Below are positions 1-14,900 of a stretch of DNA of 64,000 nucleotides, piece by piece (the first letter of the stretch is position 1; each line of letters begins with the position of its first letter). A program made the translations under genes and the position numbers. A model generated the notes under the pieces. That model worked only from the letters and a program-made list of their open reading frames with translations, did no database searches and had not been told where the DNA came from. The stretch covers positions 132,308,001 through 132,372,000 of the forward strand of contig OZ024744.1 of NCBI GenBank assembly GCA_964016885.1. The letters are read 5' to 3'. This stretch comes from Eledone cirrhosa (Eukaryota).

Positions 1-60
1 ATGTATTGATTTTTTTATATTTTTCGAAAAATCTTATATAATCAATTTTTTTACGTTTTT

Positions 61-170
61 AGAAAAACCTTATATAATCAATTTTTTTTAGGTTTTTCGA
101 AAAACCTTATATAATCAATTTTTTTATGTTTTTTCGAAAAATCTTATATAATCAATTTTTTTACGTTTTT
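61..170. repeat. Example of the ~36-37-bp internal subunit of the AT satellite (consensus ACCTTATATAATCAATTTTTTTTAGGTTTTTCGAAAA)
   Basis: CCTTATATAATCAA at 68 and 105 gives a 37-bp period. Adjacent subunits create the perfect 18-bp palindrome AGGTTTTTCGAAAAACCT. Subunit copy number accounts for most monomer length variation. Confidence 0.93.
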
Positions 171-400
171 AGAAATATTTATATCTGATTTCAAATATTG
201 ATTTTTTTTAGATTTTTCGAAATACCTTATATAATCAATTTTTTTTAGGTTTTTCAAATTACCTTATATAATCAATTTTTTTTATCAGATTTCAAATATT
301 GATTTTTTTTAGCTTTTTCGACAAAATCTTATATAATCAATTTTTTTTAGGTTTTTCGAAAAAGAATGAATTTGAGTTCATAGTCGAAATATATACTTCT

Positions 401-457
401 GCATTAATCTTTTTACGTTTTTTTGATTTTTTTTAAAAAAACGTAAAAAATTAATGC
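401..457. repeat. Inverted repeat in the constant block of most monomers (~23-24-bp arms, one-base bulge, 9-10-nt T-rich spacer)
   Basis: GCATTAATCTTTTTACGTTTTTTT ... AAAAAAACGTAAAAAATTAATGC. The right arm is the reverse complement of the left arm except for one unpaired C. It is partly missing in the variant that gives the 82-aa ORFs. Confidence 0.9.
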
Positions 458-1989
458 TTTTACAAATCTTTTGAAATATTTACTTTCTAGTTTCAAATTT
501 TGCAGATTAAATTTTTCTCGAAAAACCTAAAAAATCAGTTGTCGAAATCAGAAGTTAATATTTCGAAAAACGCAATTTGAAAAACTCATATTAATTTTTT
601 TTCGAAAACATTATATAATCAATTTTTTAGAAATATTTATATCTGATTTCAAATATTGATTTTTTTAGGTTTTTCGAAAACCCTATATAATCAATTTTTT
701 TGTACTTTTAGAAATATCTATATCTGATTTCATGTATTGATTTTTTTATATTTTTCGAAAAATCTTATATAATCAATTTTTTTACGTTTTTAGAAAAACC
801 TTATATAATCAATTTTTTTTAGGTTTTTCGAAAAACCTTATATAATCAATTTTTTTATGTTTTTTCGAAAAATCTTATATAATCAATTTTTTTACGTTTT
901 TAGAAATATTTATATCTGATTTCAAATATTGATTTTTTTTAGATTTTTCGAAATACCTTATATAATCAATTTTTTTTAGGTTTTTCAAATTACCTTATAT
1001 AATCAATTTTTTTTATCAGATTTCAAATATTGATTTTTTTTAGCTTTTTCGACAAAATCTTATATAATCAATTTTTTTTAGGTTTTTCGAAAAAGAATGA
1101 ATTTGAGTTCATAGTCGAAATATATACTTCTGCATTAATCTTTTTACGTTTTTTTGATTTTTTTTAAAAAAACGTAAAAAATTAATGCTTTTACAAATCT
1201 TTTGAAATATTTACTTTCTAGTTTCAAATTTTGCAGATTAAATTTTTCTCGAAAAACCTAAAAAATCAGTTGTCGAAATCAGAAGTTAATATTTCGAAAA
1301 ACGCAATTTGAAAAACTCATATTAATTTTTTTTCGAAAACATTATATAATCAATTTTTTAGAAATATTTATATCTGATTTCAAATATTGATTTTTTTAGG
1401 TTTTTCGAAAACCCTATATAATCAATTTTTTTGTACTTTTAGAAATATCTATATCTGATTTCATGTATTGATTTTTTTATATTTTTCGAAAAAGCTTAGA
1501 TAATCAATTTTTTTAGGTCTTTCGAAAACATTATATAATCAATTTTTTTTTAGGTTTTTCGAAAAAACCTTATATAATCAATTCTTTTTAGGTTTTTTCG
1601 AAAAATCTTATATAATCAATTTTTTTACGTTTTTAGAAAAACCTTATATAATCAATTTTTTTTAGATTTTTCAAAAAACCTTATATAATCAATTTTTTTT
1701 AGGTTTTTCGAAAAACCTTATATAATCAATTTTTTTTGTTTTTTTGAAAAATCTTATATAATCAATTTTTTTACGTTTTTAGAAAAACCTTATATAATCA
1801 ATTTTTTTTAGATTTTTCAAAAAACCTTATATAATCAATTTTTTTTAGGTTTTTCGAAAAACCTTATATAATCAATTTTTTTTGTTTTTTTGAAAAATCT
1901 TATATAATCAATTTTTTTACGTTTTTAGAAATATTTATATCTGATTTCAAATATTGATTTTTTTTAGGTTTTTCGAATTACCTTATATA

Positions 1990-2053
1990 ATCAATTTTTT
2001 TTAGGTTTTTCAAATTACCATAAGGTAATTTGAAAAACCTAAAAAAAATTGAT
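1990..2053. repeat. Perfect 30-bp inverted repeat with 4-nt loop; first of 13 copies marking a satellite subfamily
   Basis: ATCAATTTTTTTTAGGTTTTTCAAATTACC-ATAA-GGTAATTTGAAAAACCTAAAAAAAATTGAT. Other copies start at about 5682 and 7311 (one mismatch each), 10091, 13754, 17418, 19779, 28200 (shortened left arm), 31898, 33353 (one mismatch), 35503, 38494 and 63180. Confidence 0.95.
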
Positions 2054-5000
2054 CTGATTTCAAACATTGATTTTTTTAGCTTTTTCGACAAAATCTTATA
2101 TAATCAATTTTTTTTAGGTTTTTCGAAAAAGAATGAATTTGAGTTCATAGTCGAAATATATACTTCTGCATTAATCTTTTTACGTTTTTTTGATTTTTTT
2201 AAAAAAACGTAAAAAATTAATGCTTTTACAAATCTTTTGAAATATTTACTTTCTAGTTTCAAATTTTGCAGATTAAATTTTTCTCGAAAAACCTAAAAAA
2301 TCAGTTGTCGAAATCAGAAGTTAATATTTCGAAAAACGCAATTTGAAAAACTCATATTAATTTTTTTTCGAAAACATTATATAATCAATTTTTTAGAAAT
2401 ATTTATATCTGATTTCAAATATTGATTTTTTTAGGTTTTTCGAAAACCCTATATAATCAATTTTTTTGTACTTTTAGAAATATCTATATCTGATTTCATG
2501 TATTGATTTTTTTATATTTTTCGAAAAATCTTATATAATCAATTTTTTTACGTTTTTAGAAAAACCTTATATAATCAATTTTTTTTAGGTTTTTCGAAAA
2601 ACCTTATATAATCAATTTTTTTATGTTTTTTCGAAAAATCTTATATAATCAATTTTTTTACGTTTTTAGAAATATTTATATCTGATTTCAAATATTGATT
2701 TTTTTTTAGATTTTTCGAAATACCTTATATAATCAATTTTTTTTAGGTTTTTCAAATTACCTTATATAATCAATTTTTTTTATCAGATTTCAAATATTGA
2801 TTTTTTTTAGCTTTTTCGACAAAATCTTATATAATCAATTTTTTTTAGGTTTTTCGAAAAAGAATGAATTTGAGTTCATAGTCGAAATATATACTTCTGC
2901 ATTAATCTTTTTACGTTTTTTTGATTTTTTTTAAAAAAACGTAAAAAATTAATGCTTTTACAAATCTTTTGAAATATTTACTTTCTAGTTTCAAATTTTG
3001 CAGATTAAATTTTTCTCGAAAAACCTAAAAAATCAGTTGTCGAAATCAGAAGTTAATATTTCGAAAAACGCAATTTGAAAAACTCATATTAATTTTTTTT
3101 CGAAAACATTATATAATCAATTTTTTAGAAATATTTATATCTGATTTCAAATATTGATTTTTTTAGGTTTTTCGAAAACCCTATATAATCAATTTTTTTG
3201 TACTTTTAGAAATATCTATATCTGATTTCATGTATTGATTTTTTTATATTTTTCGAAAAAGCTTAGATAATCAATTTTTTTAGGTCTTTCGAAAACATTA
3301 TATAATCAATTTTTTTTTAGGTTTTTCGAAAAAATATAATCAATTTTTTTTAGGTTTTTCAAATATTGATTTTTTTAGCTTTTTCGACAAAATCTTATAT
3401 AATCAATTTTTTTTAGGTTTTTCGAAAAAGAATGAATTTGAGTTCATAGTCGAAATATATACTTCTGCATTAATCTTTTTACGTTTTTTTGATTTTTTTA
3501 AAAAAACGTAAAAAATTAATGCTTTTACAAATCTTTTGAAATATTTACTTTCTAGTTTCAAATTTTGCAGATTAAATTTTTCTCGAAAAACCTAAAAAAT
3601 CAGTTGTCGAAATCAGAAGTTAATATTTCGAAAAACGCAATTTGAAAAACTCATATTAATTTTTTTTCGAAAACATTATATAATCAATTTTTTAGAAATA
3701 TTTATATCTGATTTCAAATATTGATTTTTTTAGGTTTTTCGAAAACCCTATATAATCAATTTTTTTGTACTTTTAGAAATATCTATATCTGATTTCATGT
3801 ATTGATTTTTTTATATTTTTCGAAAAATCTTATATAATCAATTTTTTTACGTTTTTAGAAAAACCTTATATAATCAATTTTTTTTAGGTTTTTCGAAAAA
3901 CCTTATATAATCAATTTTTTTATGTTTTTTCGAAAAATCTTATATAATCAATTTTTTTACGTTTTTAGAAATATTTATATCTGATTTCAAATATTGATTT
4001 TTTTTAGATTTTTCGAAATACCTTATATAATCAATTTTTTTTAGGTTTTTCAAATCACCTTATATAATCAATTTTTTTTATCTGATTTCAAATATTGATT
4101 TTTTTAGCTTTTTCGACAAAATCTTATATAATCAATTTTTTTTAGGTTTTTCGAAAAAGAATGAATTTGAGTTCATAGTCGAAATATATACTTCTGCATT
4201 AATCTTTTTACGTTTTTTTGATTTTTTTTAAAAAAACGTAAAAAATTAATGCTTTTACAAATCTCTTGAAATATTCACTTTCTAGTTTCAAATTTTGCAG
4301 ATTAAATTTTTCTCGAAAAACCTAAAAAATCAGTTGTCGAAATCAGAAGTTAATATTTCGAAAAACGCAATTTGAAAAACTCATATTAATTTTTTTTCGA
4401 AAACATTATATAATCAATTTTTTAGAAATATTTATATCTGATTTCAAATATTGATTTTTTTAGGTTTTTCGAAAACCCTATATAATCAATTTTTTTGTAC
4501 TTTTAGAAATATCTATATCTGATTTCATGTATTGATTTTTTTATATTTTTCGAAAAATCTTATATAATCAATTTTTTTACGTTTTTAGAAAAACCTTATA
4601 TAATCAATTTTTTTTAGGTTTTTCGAAAAACCTTATATAATCAATTTTTTTATGTTTTTTCGAAAAATCTTATATAATCAATTTTTTTACGTTTTTAGAA
4701 ATATTTATATCTGATTTCAAATATTGATTTTTTTTAGATTTTTCGAAATACCTTATATAATCAATTTTTTTTAGGTTTTTCAAATCACCTTATATAATCA
4801 ATTTTTTTTATCTGATTTCAAATATTGATTTTTTTAGCTTTTTCGACAAAATCTTATATAATCAATTTTTTTTAGGTTTTTCGAAAAAGAATGAATTTGA
4901 GTTCATAGTCGAAATATATACTTCTGCATTAATCTTTTTACGTTTTTTTGATTTTTTTTAAAAAAACGTAAAAAATTAATGCTTTTACAAATCTCTTGAA

Positions 5001-8000
5001 ATATTCACTTTCTAGTTTCAAATTTTGCAGATTAAATTTTTCTCGAAAAACCTAAAAAATCAGTTGTCGAAATCAGAAGTTAATATTTCGAAAAACGCAA
5101 TTTGAAAAACTCATATTAATTTCTTTTCGAAAACATTATATAATCAATTTTTTTATACTTTTAGAAATATTTATATCTGATTTCAAATATTGATTTTTTT
5201 AGGTTTTTCGAAAACCCTATATAATCAATTTTTTTGTACTTTTAGAAATATCTATATCTGATTTCATGTATTGATTTTTTTATATTTTTCGAAAAAGCTT
5301 AGATAATCAATTTTTTTAGGTCTTTCGAAAACCTTATATAATCAATTTTTTTAGGTCTTTCGAAAACATTATATAATCAATTTTTTTTTAGGTTTTTCGA
5401 AAAAACCTTATATAATCAATTCTTTTTAGGTTTTTTCGAAAAATCTTATATAATCAATTTTTTTACGTTTTTAGAAAAACCTTATATAATCAATTTTTTT
5501 TAGATTTTTCAAAAAACCTTATATAATCAATTTTTTTTAGGTTTTTCGAAAAACCTTATATAATCAATTTTTTTTGTTTTTTTGAAAAATCTTATATAAT
5601 CAATTTTTTTACGTTTTTAGAAATATTTATATCTGATTTCAAATATTGATTTTTTTTAGGTTTTTCGAATTACCTTATATAATCAATTTTTTTTAGGTTT
5701 TTCAAATTACCATAAGGTAATTTGAAAAACCTAAAAAAACTTGATCTGATTTCAAACATTGATTTTTTTAGCTTTTTCGACAAAATCTTATATAATCAAT
5801 TTTTTTTAGGTTTTTCGAAAAAGAATGAATTTGAGTTCATAGTCGAAATATATACTTCTGCATTAATCTTTTTACGTTTTTTTGATTTTTTTAAAAAAAC
5901 GTAAAAAATTAATGCTTTTACAAATCTTTTGAAATATTTACTTTCTAGTTTCAAATTTTGCAGATTAAATTTTTCTCGAAAAACCTAAAAAATCAGTTGT
6001 CGAAATCAGAAGTTAATATTTCGAAAAACGCAATTTGAAAAACTCATATTAATTTTTTTTCGAAAACATTATATAATCAATTTTTTAGAAATATTTATAT
6101 CTGATTTCAAATATTGATTTTTTTAGGTTTTTCGAAAACCCTATATAATCAATTTTTTTGTACTTTTAGAAATATCTATATCTGATTTCATGTATTGATT
6201 TTTTTATATTTTTCGAAAAATCTTATATAATCAATTTTTTTACGTTTTTAGAAAAACCTTATATAATCAATTTTTTTTAGGTTTTTCGAAAAACCTTATA
6301 TAATCAATTTTTTTATGTTTTTTCGAAAAATCTTATATAATCAATTTTTTTACGTTTTTAGAAATATTTATATCTGATTTCAAATATTGATTTTTTTTAG
6401 ATTTTTCGAAATACCTTATATAATCAATTTTTTTTAGGTTTTTCAAATCACCTTATATAATCAATTTTTTTTATCTGATTTCAAATATTGATTTTTTTAG
6501 CTTTTTCGACAAAATCTTATATAATCAATTTTTTTTAGGTTTTTCGAAAAAGAATGAATTTGAGTTCATAGTCGAAATATATACTTCTGCATTAATCTTT
6601 TTACGTTTTTTTGATTTTTTTTAAAAAAACGTAAAAAATTAATGCTTTTACAAATCTCTTGAAATATTCACTTTCTAGTTTCAAATTTTGCAGATTAAAT
6701 TTTTCTCGAAAAACCTAAAAAATCAGTTGTCGAAATCAGAAGTTAATATTTCGAAAAACGCAATTTGAAAAACTCATATTAATTTTTTTTCGAAAACTTA
6801 TTATATAATCAATTTTTTTATACTTTTAGAAATATTTATATCTGATTTCAAATATTGATTTTTTTAGGTTTTTCGAAAACCCTATATAATCAATTTTTTT
6901 GTACTTTTAGAAATATCTATATCTGATTTCATGTATTGATTTTTTTATATTTTTCGAAAAAGCTTAGATAATCAATTTTTTTAGGTCTTTCGAAAACATT
7001 ATATAATCAATTTTTTTTAGGTTTTTCGAAAAAACCTTATATAATCAATTCTTTTTAGGTTTTTTCGAAAAATCTTATATAATCAATTTTTTTACGTTTT
7101 TAGAAAAACCTTATATAATCAATTTTTTTTAGATTTTTCAAAAAACCTTATATAATCAATTTTTTTTAGGTTTTTCGAAAAACCTTATATAATCAATTTT
7201 TTTTGTTTTTTTGAAAAATCTTATATAATCAATTTTTTTACGTTTTTAGAAATATTTATATCTGATTTCAAATATTGATTTTTTTTAGGTTTTTCGAATT
7301 ACCTTATATAATCAATTTTTTTTAGGTTTTTCAAATTACCATAAGGTAATTTGAAAAACCTAAAAAAACTTGATCTGATTTCAAACATTGATTTTTTTAG
7401 CTTTTTCGACAAAATCTTATATAATCAATTTTTTTTAGGTTTTTCGAAAAAGAATGAATTTGAGTTCATAGTCGAAATATATACTTCTGCATTAATCTTT
7501 TTACGTTTTTTTGATTTTTTTAAAAAAACGTAAAAAATTAATGCTTTTACAAATCTTTTGAAATATTTACTTTCTAGTTTCAAATTTTGCAGATTAAATT
7601 TTTCTCGAAAAACCTAAAAAATCAGTTGTCGAAATCAGAAGTTAATATTTCGAAAAACGCAATTTGAAAAACTCATATTAATTTTTTTTCGAAAACATTA
7701 TATAATCAATTTTTTAGAAATATTTATATCTGATTTCAAATATTGATTTTTTTAGGTTTTTCGAAAACCCTATATAATCAATTTTTTTGTACTTTTAGAA
7801 ATATCTATATCTGATTTCATGTATTGATTTTTTTATATTTTTCGAAAAAGCTTAGATAATCAATTTTTTTAGGTCTTTCGAAAACATTATATAATCAATT
7901 TTTTTTTAGGTTTTTCGAAAAAATATAATCAATTTTTTTTAGGTTTTTCAAATATTGATTTTTTTAGCTTTTTCGACAAAATCTTATATAATCAATTTTT

Positions 8001-8999
8001 TTTAGGTTTTTCGAAAAAGAATGAATTTGAGTTCATAGTCGAAATATATACTTCTGCATTAATCTTTTTACGTTTTTTTGATTTTTTTAAAAAAACGTAA
8101 AAAATTAATGCTTTTACAAATCTTTTGAAATATTTACTTTCTAGTTTCAAATTTTGCAGATTAAATTTTTCTCGAAAAACCTAAAAAATCAGTTGTCGAA
8201 ATCAGAAGTTAATATTTCGAAAAACGCAATTTGAAAAACTCATATTAATTTTTTTTCGAAAACATTATATAATCAATTTTTTAGAAATATTTATATCTGA
8301 TTTCAAATATTGATTTTTTTAGGTTTTTCGAAAACCCTATATAATCAATTTTTTTGTACTTTTAGAAATATCTATATCTGATTTCATGTATTGATTTTTT
8401 TATATTTTTCGAAAAATCTTATATAATCAATTTTTTTACGTTTTTAGAAAAACCTTATATAATCAATTTTTTTTAGGTTTTTCGAAAAACCTTATATAAT
8501 CAATTTTTTTATGTTTTTTCGAAAAATCTTATATAATCAATTTTTTTACGTTTTTAGAAATATTTATATCTGATTTCAAATATTGATTTTTTTTAGATTT
8601 TTCGAAATACCTTATATAATCAATTTTTTTTAGGTTTTTCAAATCACCTTATATAATCAATTTTTTTTATCTGATTTCAAATATTGATTTTTTTAGCTTT
8701 TTCGACAAAATCTTATATAATCAATTTTTTTTAGGTTTTTCGAAAAAGAATGAATTTGAGTTCATAGTCGAAATATATACTTCTGCATTAATCTTTTTAC
8801 GTTTTTTTGATTTTTTTTAAAAAAACGTAAAAAATTAATGCTTTTACAAATCTCTTGAAATATTCACTTTCTAGTTTCAAATTTTGCAGATTAAATTTTT
8901 CTCGAAAAACCTAAAAAATCAGTTGTCGAAATCAGAAGTTAATATTTCGAAAAACGCAATTTGAAAAACTCATATTAATTTTTTTTCGAAAACATTATA

Positions 9000-11900
9000 T
9001 AATCAATTTTTTAGAAATATTTATATCTGATTTCAAATATTGATTTTTTTAGGTTTTTCGAAAACCCTATATAATCAATTTTTTTGTACTTTTAGAAATA
9101 TCTATATCTGATTTCATGTATTGATTTTTTTATATTTTTCGAAAAATCTTATATAATCAATTTTTTTACGTTTTTAGAAAAACCTTATATAATCAATTTT
9201 TTTTAGGTTTTTCGAAAAACCTTATATAATCAATTTTTTTATGTTTTTTCGAAAAATCTTATATAATCAATTTTTTTACGTTTTTAGAAATATTTATATC
9301 TGATTTCAAATATTGATTTTTTTTAGATTTTTCGAAATACCTTATATAATCAATTTTTTTTAGGTTTTTCAAATCACCTTATATAATCAATTTTTTTTAT
9401 CTGATTTCAAATATTGATTTTTTTAGCTTTTTCGACAAAATCTTATATAATCAATTTTTTTTAGGTTTTTCGAAAAAGAATGAATTTGAGTTCATAGTCG
9501 AAATATATACTTCTGCATTAATCTTTTTACGTTTTTTTGATTTTTTTTAAAAAAACGTAAAAAATTAATGCTTTTACAAATCTCTTGAAATATTCACTTT
9601 CTAGTTTCAAATTTTGCAGATTAAATTTTTCTCGAAAAACCTAAAAAATCAGTTGTCGAAATCAGAAGTTAATATTTCGTAAAACGCAATTTGAAAAACT
9701 CATATTAATTTTTTTTCGAAAACTTATTATATAATCAATTTTTTTATACTTTTAGAAATATTTATATCTGATTTCAAATATTGATTTTTTTAGGTTTTTC
9801 GAAAACCCTATATAATCAATTTTTTTGTACTTTTAGAAATATCTATATCTGATTTCATGTATTGATTTTTTTATATTTTTCGAAAAAGCTTAGATAATCA
9901 ATTTTTTTAGGTCTTTCGAAAACATTATATAATCAATTTTTTTTTAGGTTTTTCGAAAAAACCTTATATAATCAATTTTTTTATGTTTTTTCGAAAAATC
10001 TTATATAATCAATTTTTTTACGTTTTTAGAAATATTTATATCTGATTTCAAATATTGATTTTTTTTAGGTTTTTCGAATTACCTTATATAATCAATTTTT
10101 TTTAGGTTTTTCAAATTACCATAAGGTAATTTGAAAAACCTAAAAAAAATTGATCTGATTTCAAACATTGATTTTTTTAGCTTTTTCGACAAAATCTTAT
10201 ATAATCAATTTTTTTTAGGTTTTTCGAAAAAGAATGAATTTGAGTTCATAGTCGAAATATATACTTCTGCATTAATCTTTTTACGTTTTTTTGATTTTTT
10301 TAAAAAAACGTAAAAAATTAATGCTTTTACAAATCTTTTGAAATATTTACTTTCTAGTTTCAAATTTTGCAGATTAAATTTTTCTCGAAAAACCTAAAAA
10401 ATCAGTTGTCGAAATCAGAAGTTAATATTTCGAAAAACGCAATTTGAAAAACTCATATTAATTTTTTTCGAAAACATTATATAATCAATTTTTTAGAAAT
10501 ATTTATATCTGATTTCAAATATTGATTTTTTTAGGTTTTTCGAAAACCCTATATAATCAATTTTTTTGTACTTTTAGAAATATCTATATCTGATTTCATG
10601 TATTGATTTTTTTATATTTTTCGAAAAAGCTTAGATAATCAATTTTTTTAGGTGTTTCGAAAACATTATATAATCAATTTTTTTTTAGGTTTTTCGAAAA
10701 ACCTTATATAATCAATTTTTTTATGTTTTTTCGAAAAATCTTATATAATCAATTTTTTTACGTTTTTAGAAATATTTATATCTGATTTCAAATATTGATT
10801 TTTTTTAGATTTTTCGAAATACCTTATATAATCAATTTTTTTTAGGTTTTTCAAATTACCTTATATAATCAATTTTTTTTATCAGATTTCAAATATTGAT
10901 TTTTTTTAGCTTTTTCGACAAAATCTTATATAATCAATTTTTTTTAGGTTTTTCGAAAAAGAATGAATTTGAGTTCATAGTCGAAATATATACTTCTGCA
11001 TTAATCTTTTTACGTTTTTTTGATTTTTTTTAAAAAAACGTAAAAAATTAATGCTTTTACAAATCTTTTGAAATATTTACTTTCTAGTTTCAAATTTTGC
11101 AGATTAAATTTTTCTCGAAAAACCTAAAAAATCAGTTGTCGAAATCAGAAGTTAATATTTCGAAAAACGCAATTTGAAAAACTCATATTAATTTTTTTTC
11201 GAAAACATTATATAATCAATTTTTTAGAAATATTTATATCTGATTTCAAATATTGATTTTTTTAGGTTTTTCGAAAACCCTATATAATCAATTTTTTTGT
11301 ACTTTTAGAAATATCTATATCTGATTTCATGTATTGATTTTTTTATATTTTTCGAAAAATCTTATATAATCAATTTTTTTACGTTTTTAGAAAAACCTTA
11401 TATAATCAATTTTTTTTAGGTTTTTCGAAAAACCTTATATAATCAATTTTTTTATGTTTTTTCGAAAAATCTTATATAATCAATTTTTTTACGTTTTTAG
11501 AAATATTTATATCTGATTTCAAATATTGATTTTTTTTAGATTTTTCGAAATACCTTATATAATCAATTTTTTTTAGGTTTTTCAAATCACCTTATATAAT
11601 CAATTTTTTTTATCTGATTTCAAATATTGATTTTTTTAGCTTTTTCGACAAAATCTTATATAATCAATTTTTTTTAGGTTTTTCGAAAAAGAATGAATTT
11701 GAGTTCATAGTCGAAATATATACTTCTGCATTAATCTTTTTACGTTTTTTTGATTTTTTTTAAAAAAACGTAAAAAATTAATGCTTTTACAAATCTCTTG
11801 AAATATTCACTTTCTAGTTTCAAATTTTGCAGATTAAATTTTTCTCGAAAAACCTAAAAAATCAGTTGTCGAAATCAGAAGTTAATATTTCGTAAAACGC

Positions 11901-14900
11901 AATTTGAAAAACTCATATTAATTTTTTTTCGAAAACATTATATAATCAATTTTTTAGAAATATTTATATCTGATTTCAAATATTGATTTTTTTAGGTTTT
12001 TCGAAAACCCTATATAATCAATTTTTTTGTACTTTTAGAAATATCTATATCTGATTTCATGTATTGATTTTTTTATATTTTTCGAAAAATCTTATATAAT
12101 CAATTTTTTTACGTTTTTAGAAAAACCTTATATAATCAATTTTTTTTAGGTTTTTCGAAAAACCTTATATAATCAATTTTTTTGTTTTTTCGAAAAATCT
12201 TATATAATCAATTTTTTTACGTTTTTAGAAATATTTATATCTGATTTCAAATATTGATTTTTTTTAGATTTTTCGAAATACCTTATATAATCAATTTTTT
12301 TTAGGTTTTTCAAATCACCTTATATAATCAATTTTTTTTATCTGATTTCAAATATTGATTTTTTTAGCTTTTTCGACAAAATCTTATATAATCAATTTTT
12401 TTTAGGTTTTTCGAAAAAGAATGAATTTGAGTTCATAGTCGAAATATATACTTCTGCATTAATCTTTTTACGTTTTTTTGATTTTTTTAAAAAAACGTAA
12501 AAAATTAATGCTTTTACAAATCTTTTGAAATATTTACTTTCTAGTTTCAAATTTTGCAGATTAAATTTTTCTCGAAAAACCTAAAAAATCAGTTGTCGAA
12601 ATCAGAAGTTAATATTTCGAAAAACGCAATTTGAAAAACTCATATTAATTTTTTTTCGAAAACATACAATTTTTTAGAAATATTTATATCTGATTTCAAA
12701 TATTGATTTTTTTAGGTTTTTCGAAAACCCTATATAATCAATTTTTTTGTACTTTTAGAAATATCTATATCTGATTTCATGTATTGATTTTTTTATATTT
12801 TTCGAAAAATCTTATATAATCAATTTTTTTACGTTTTTAGAAAAACCTTATATAATCAATTTTTTTTAGGTTTTTCGAAAAACCTTATATAATCAATTTT
12901 TTTATGTTTTTTCGAAAAATCTTATATAATCAATTTTTTTACGTTTTTAGAAATATTTATATCTGATTTCAAATATTGATTTTTTTTAGATTTTTCGAAA
13001 TACCTTATATAATCAATTTTTTTTAGGTTTTTCAAATCACCTTATATAATCAATTTTTTTTATCTGATTTCAAATATTGATTTTTTTAGCTTTTTCGACA
13101 AAATCTTATATAATCAATTTTTTTTAGGTTTTTCGAAAAAGAATGAATTTGAGTTCATAGTCGAAATATATACTTCTGCATTAATCTTTTTACGTTTTTT
13201 TGATTTTTTTTAAAAAAACGTAAAAAATTAATGCTTTTACAAATCTCTTGAAATATTCACTTTCTAGTTTCAAATTTTGCAGATTAAATTTTTCTCGAAA
13301 AACCTAAAAAATCAGTTGTCGAAATCAGAAGTTAATATTTCGTAAAACGCAATTTGAAAAACTCATATTAATTTTTTTTCGAAAACTTATTATATAATCA
13401 ATTTTTTTATACTTTTAGAAATATTTATATCTGATTTCAAATATTGATTTTTTTAGGTTTTTCGAAAACCCTATATAATCAATTTTTTTGTACTTTTAGA
13501 AATATCTATATCTGATTTCATGTATTGATTTTTTTATATTTTTCGAAAAAGCTTAGATAATCAATTTTTTTAGGTCTTTCGAAAACATTATATAATCAAT
13601 TTTTTTTTAGGTTTTTCGAAAAAACCTTATATAATCAATTTTTTTATGTTTTTTCGAAAAATCTTATATAATCAATTTTTTTACGTTTTTAGAAATATTT
13701 ATATCTGATTTCAAATATTGATTTTTTTTAGGTTTTTCGAATTACCTTATATAATCAATTTTTTTTAGGTTTTTCAAATTACCATAAGGTAATTTGAAAA
13801 ACCTAAAAAAAATTGATCTGATTTCAAACATTGATTTTTTTAGCTTTTTCGACAAAATCTTATATAATCAATTTTTTTTAGGTTTTTCGAAAAAGAATGA
13901 ATTTGAGTTCATAGTCGAAATATATACTTCTGCATTAATCTTTTTACGTTTTTTTGATTTTTTTAAAAAAACGTAAAAAATTAATGCTTTTACAAATCTT
14001 TTGAAATATTTACTTTCTAGTTTCAAATTTTGCAGATTAAATTTTTCTCGAAAAACCTAAAAAATCAGTTGTCGAAATCAGAAGTTAATATTTCGAAAAA
14101 CGCAATTTGAAAAACTCATATTAATTTTTTTTCGAAAACATTATATAATCAATTTTTTAGAAATATTTATATCTGATTTCAAATATTGATTTTTTTAGGT
14201 TTTTCGAAAACCCTATATAATCAATTTTTTTGTACTTTTAGAAATATCTATATCTGATTTCATGTATTGATTTTTTTATATTTTTCGAAAAAGCTTAGAT
14301 AATCAATTTTTTTAGGTCTTTCGAAAACATTATATAATCAATTTTTTTTTAGGTTTTTCGAAAAACCTTATATAATCAATTTTTTTATGTTTTTTCGAAA
14401 AATCTTATATAATCAATTTTTTTACGTTTTTAGAAATATTTATATCTGATTTCAAATATTGATTTTTTTTAGATTTTTCGAAATACCTTATATAATCAAT
14501 TTTTTTTAGGTTTTTCAAATTACCTTATATAATCAATTTTTTTTATCAGATTTCAAATATTGATTTTTTTTAGCTTTTTCGACAAAATCTTATATAATCA
14601 ATTTTTTTTAGGTTTTTCGAAAAAGAATGAATTTGAGTTCATAGTCGAAATATATACTTCTGCATTAATCTTTTTACGTTTTTTTGATTTTTTTTAAAAA
14701 AACGTAAAAAATTAATGCTTTTACAAATCTTTTGAAATATTTACTTTCTAGTTTCAAATTTTGCAGATTAAATTTTTCTCGAAAAACCTAAAAAATCAGT
14801 TGTCGAAATCAGAAGTTAATATTTCGAAAAACGCAATTTGAAAAACTCATATTAATTTTTTTTCGAAAACATTATATAATCAATTTTTTAGAAATATTTA

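Noticed and set aside
68-85. TATAAT / TATATAA promoter-like motifs and hairpin-plus-T-run terminator-like motifs
   Set aside because: These occur hundreds of times as part of the repeat unit with no associated gene, and are expected at this base composition.
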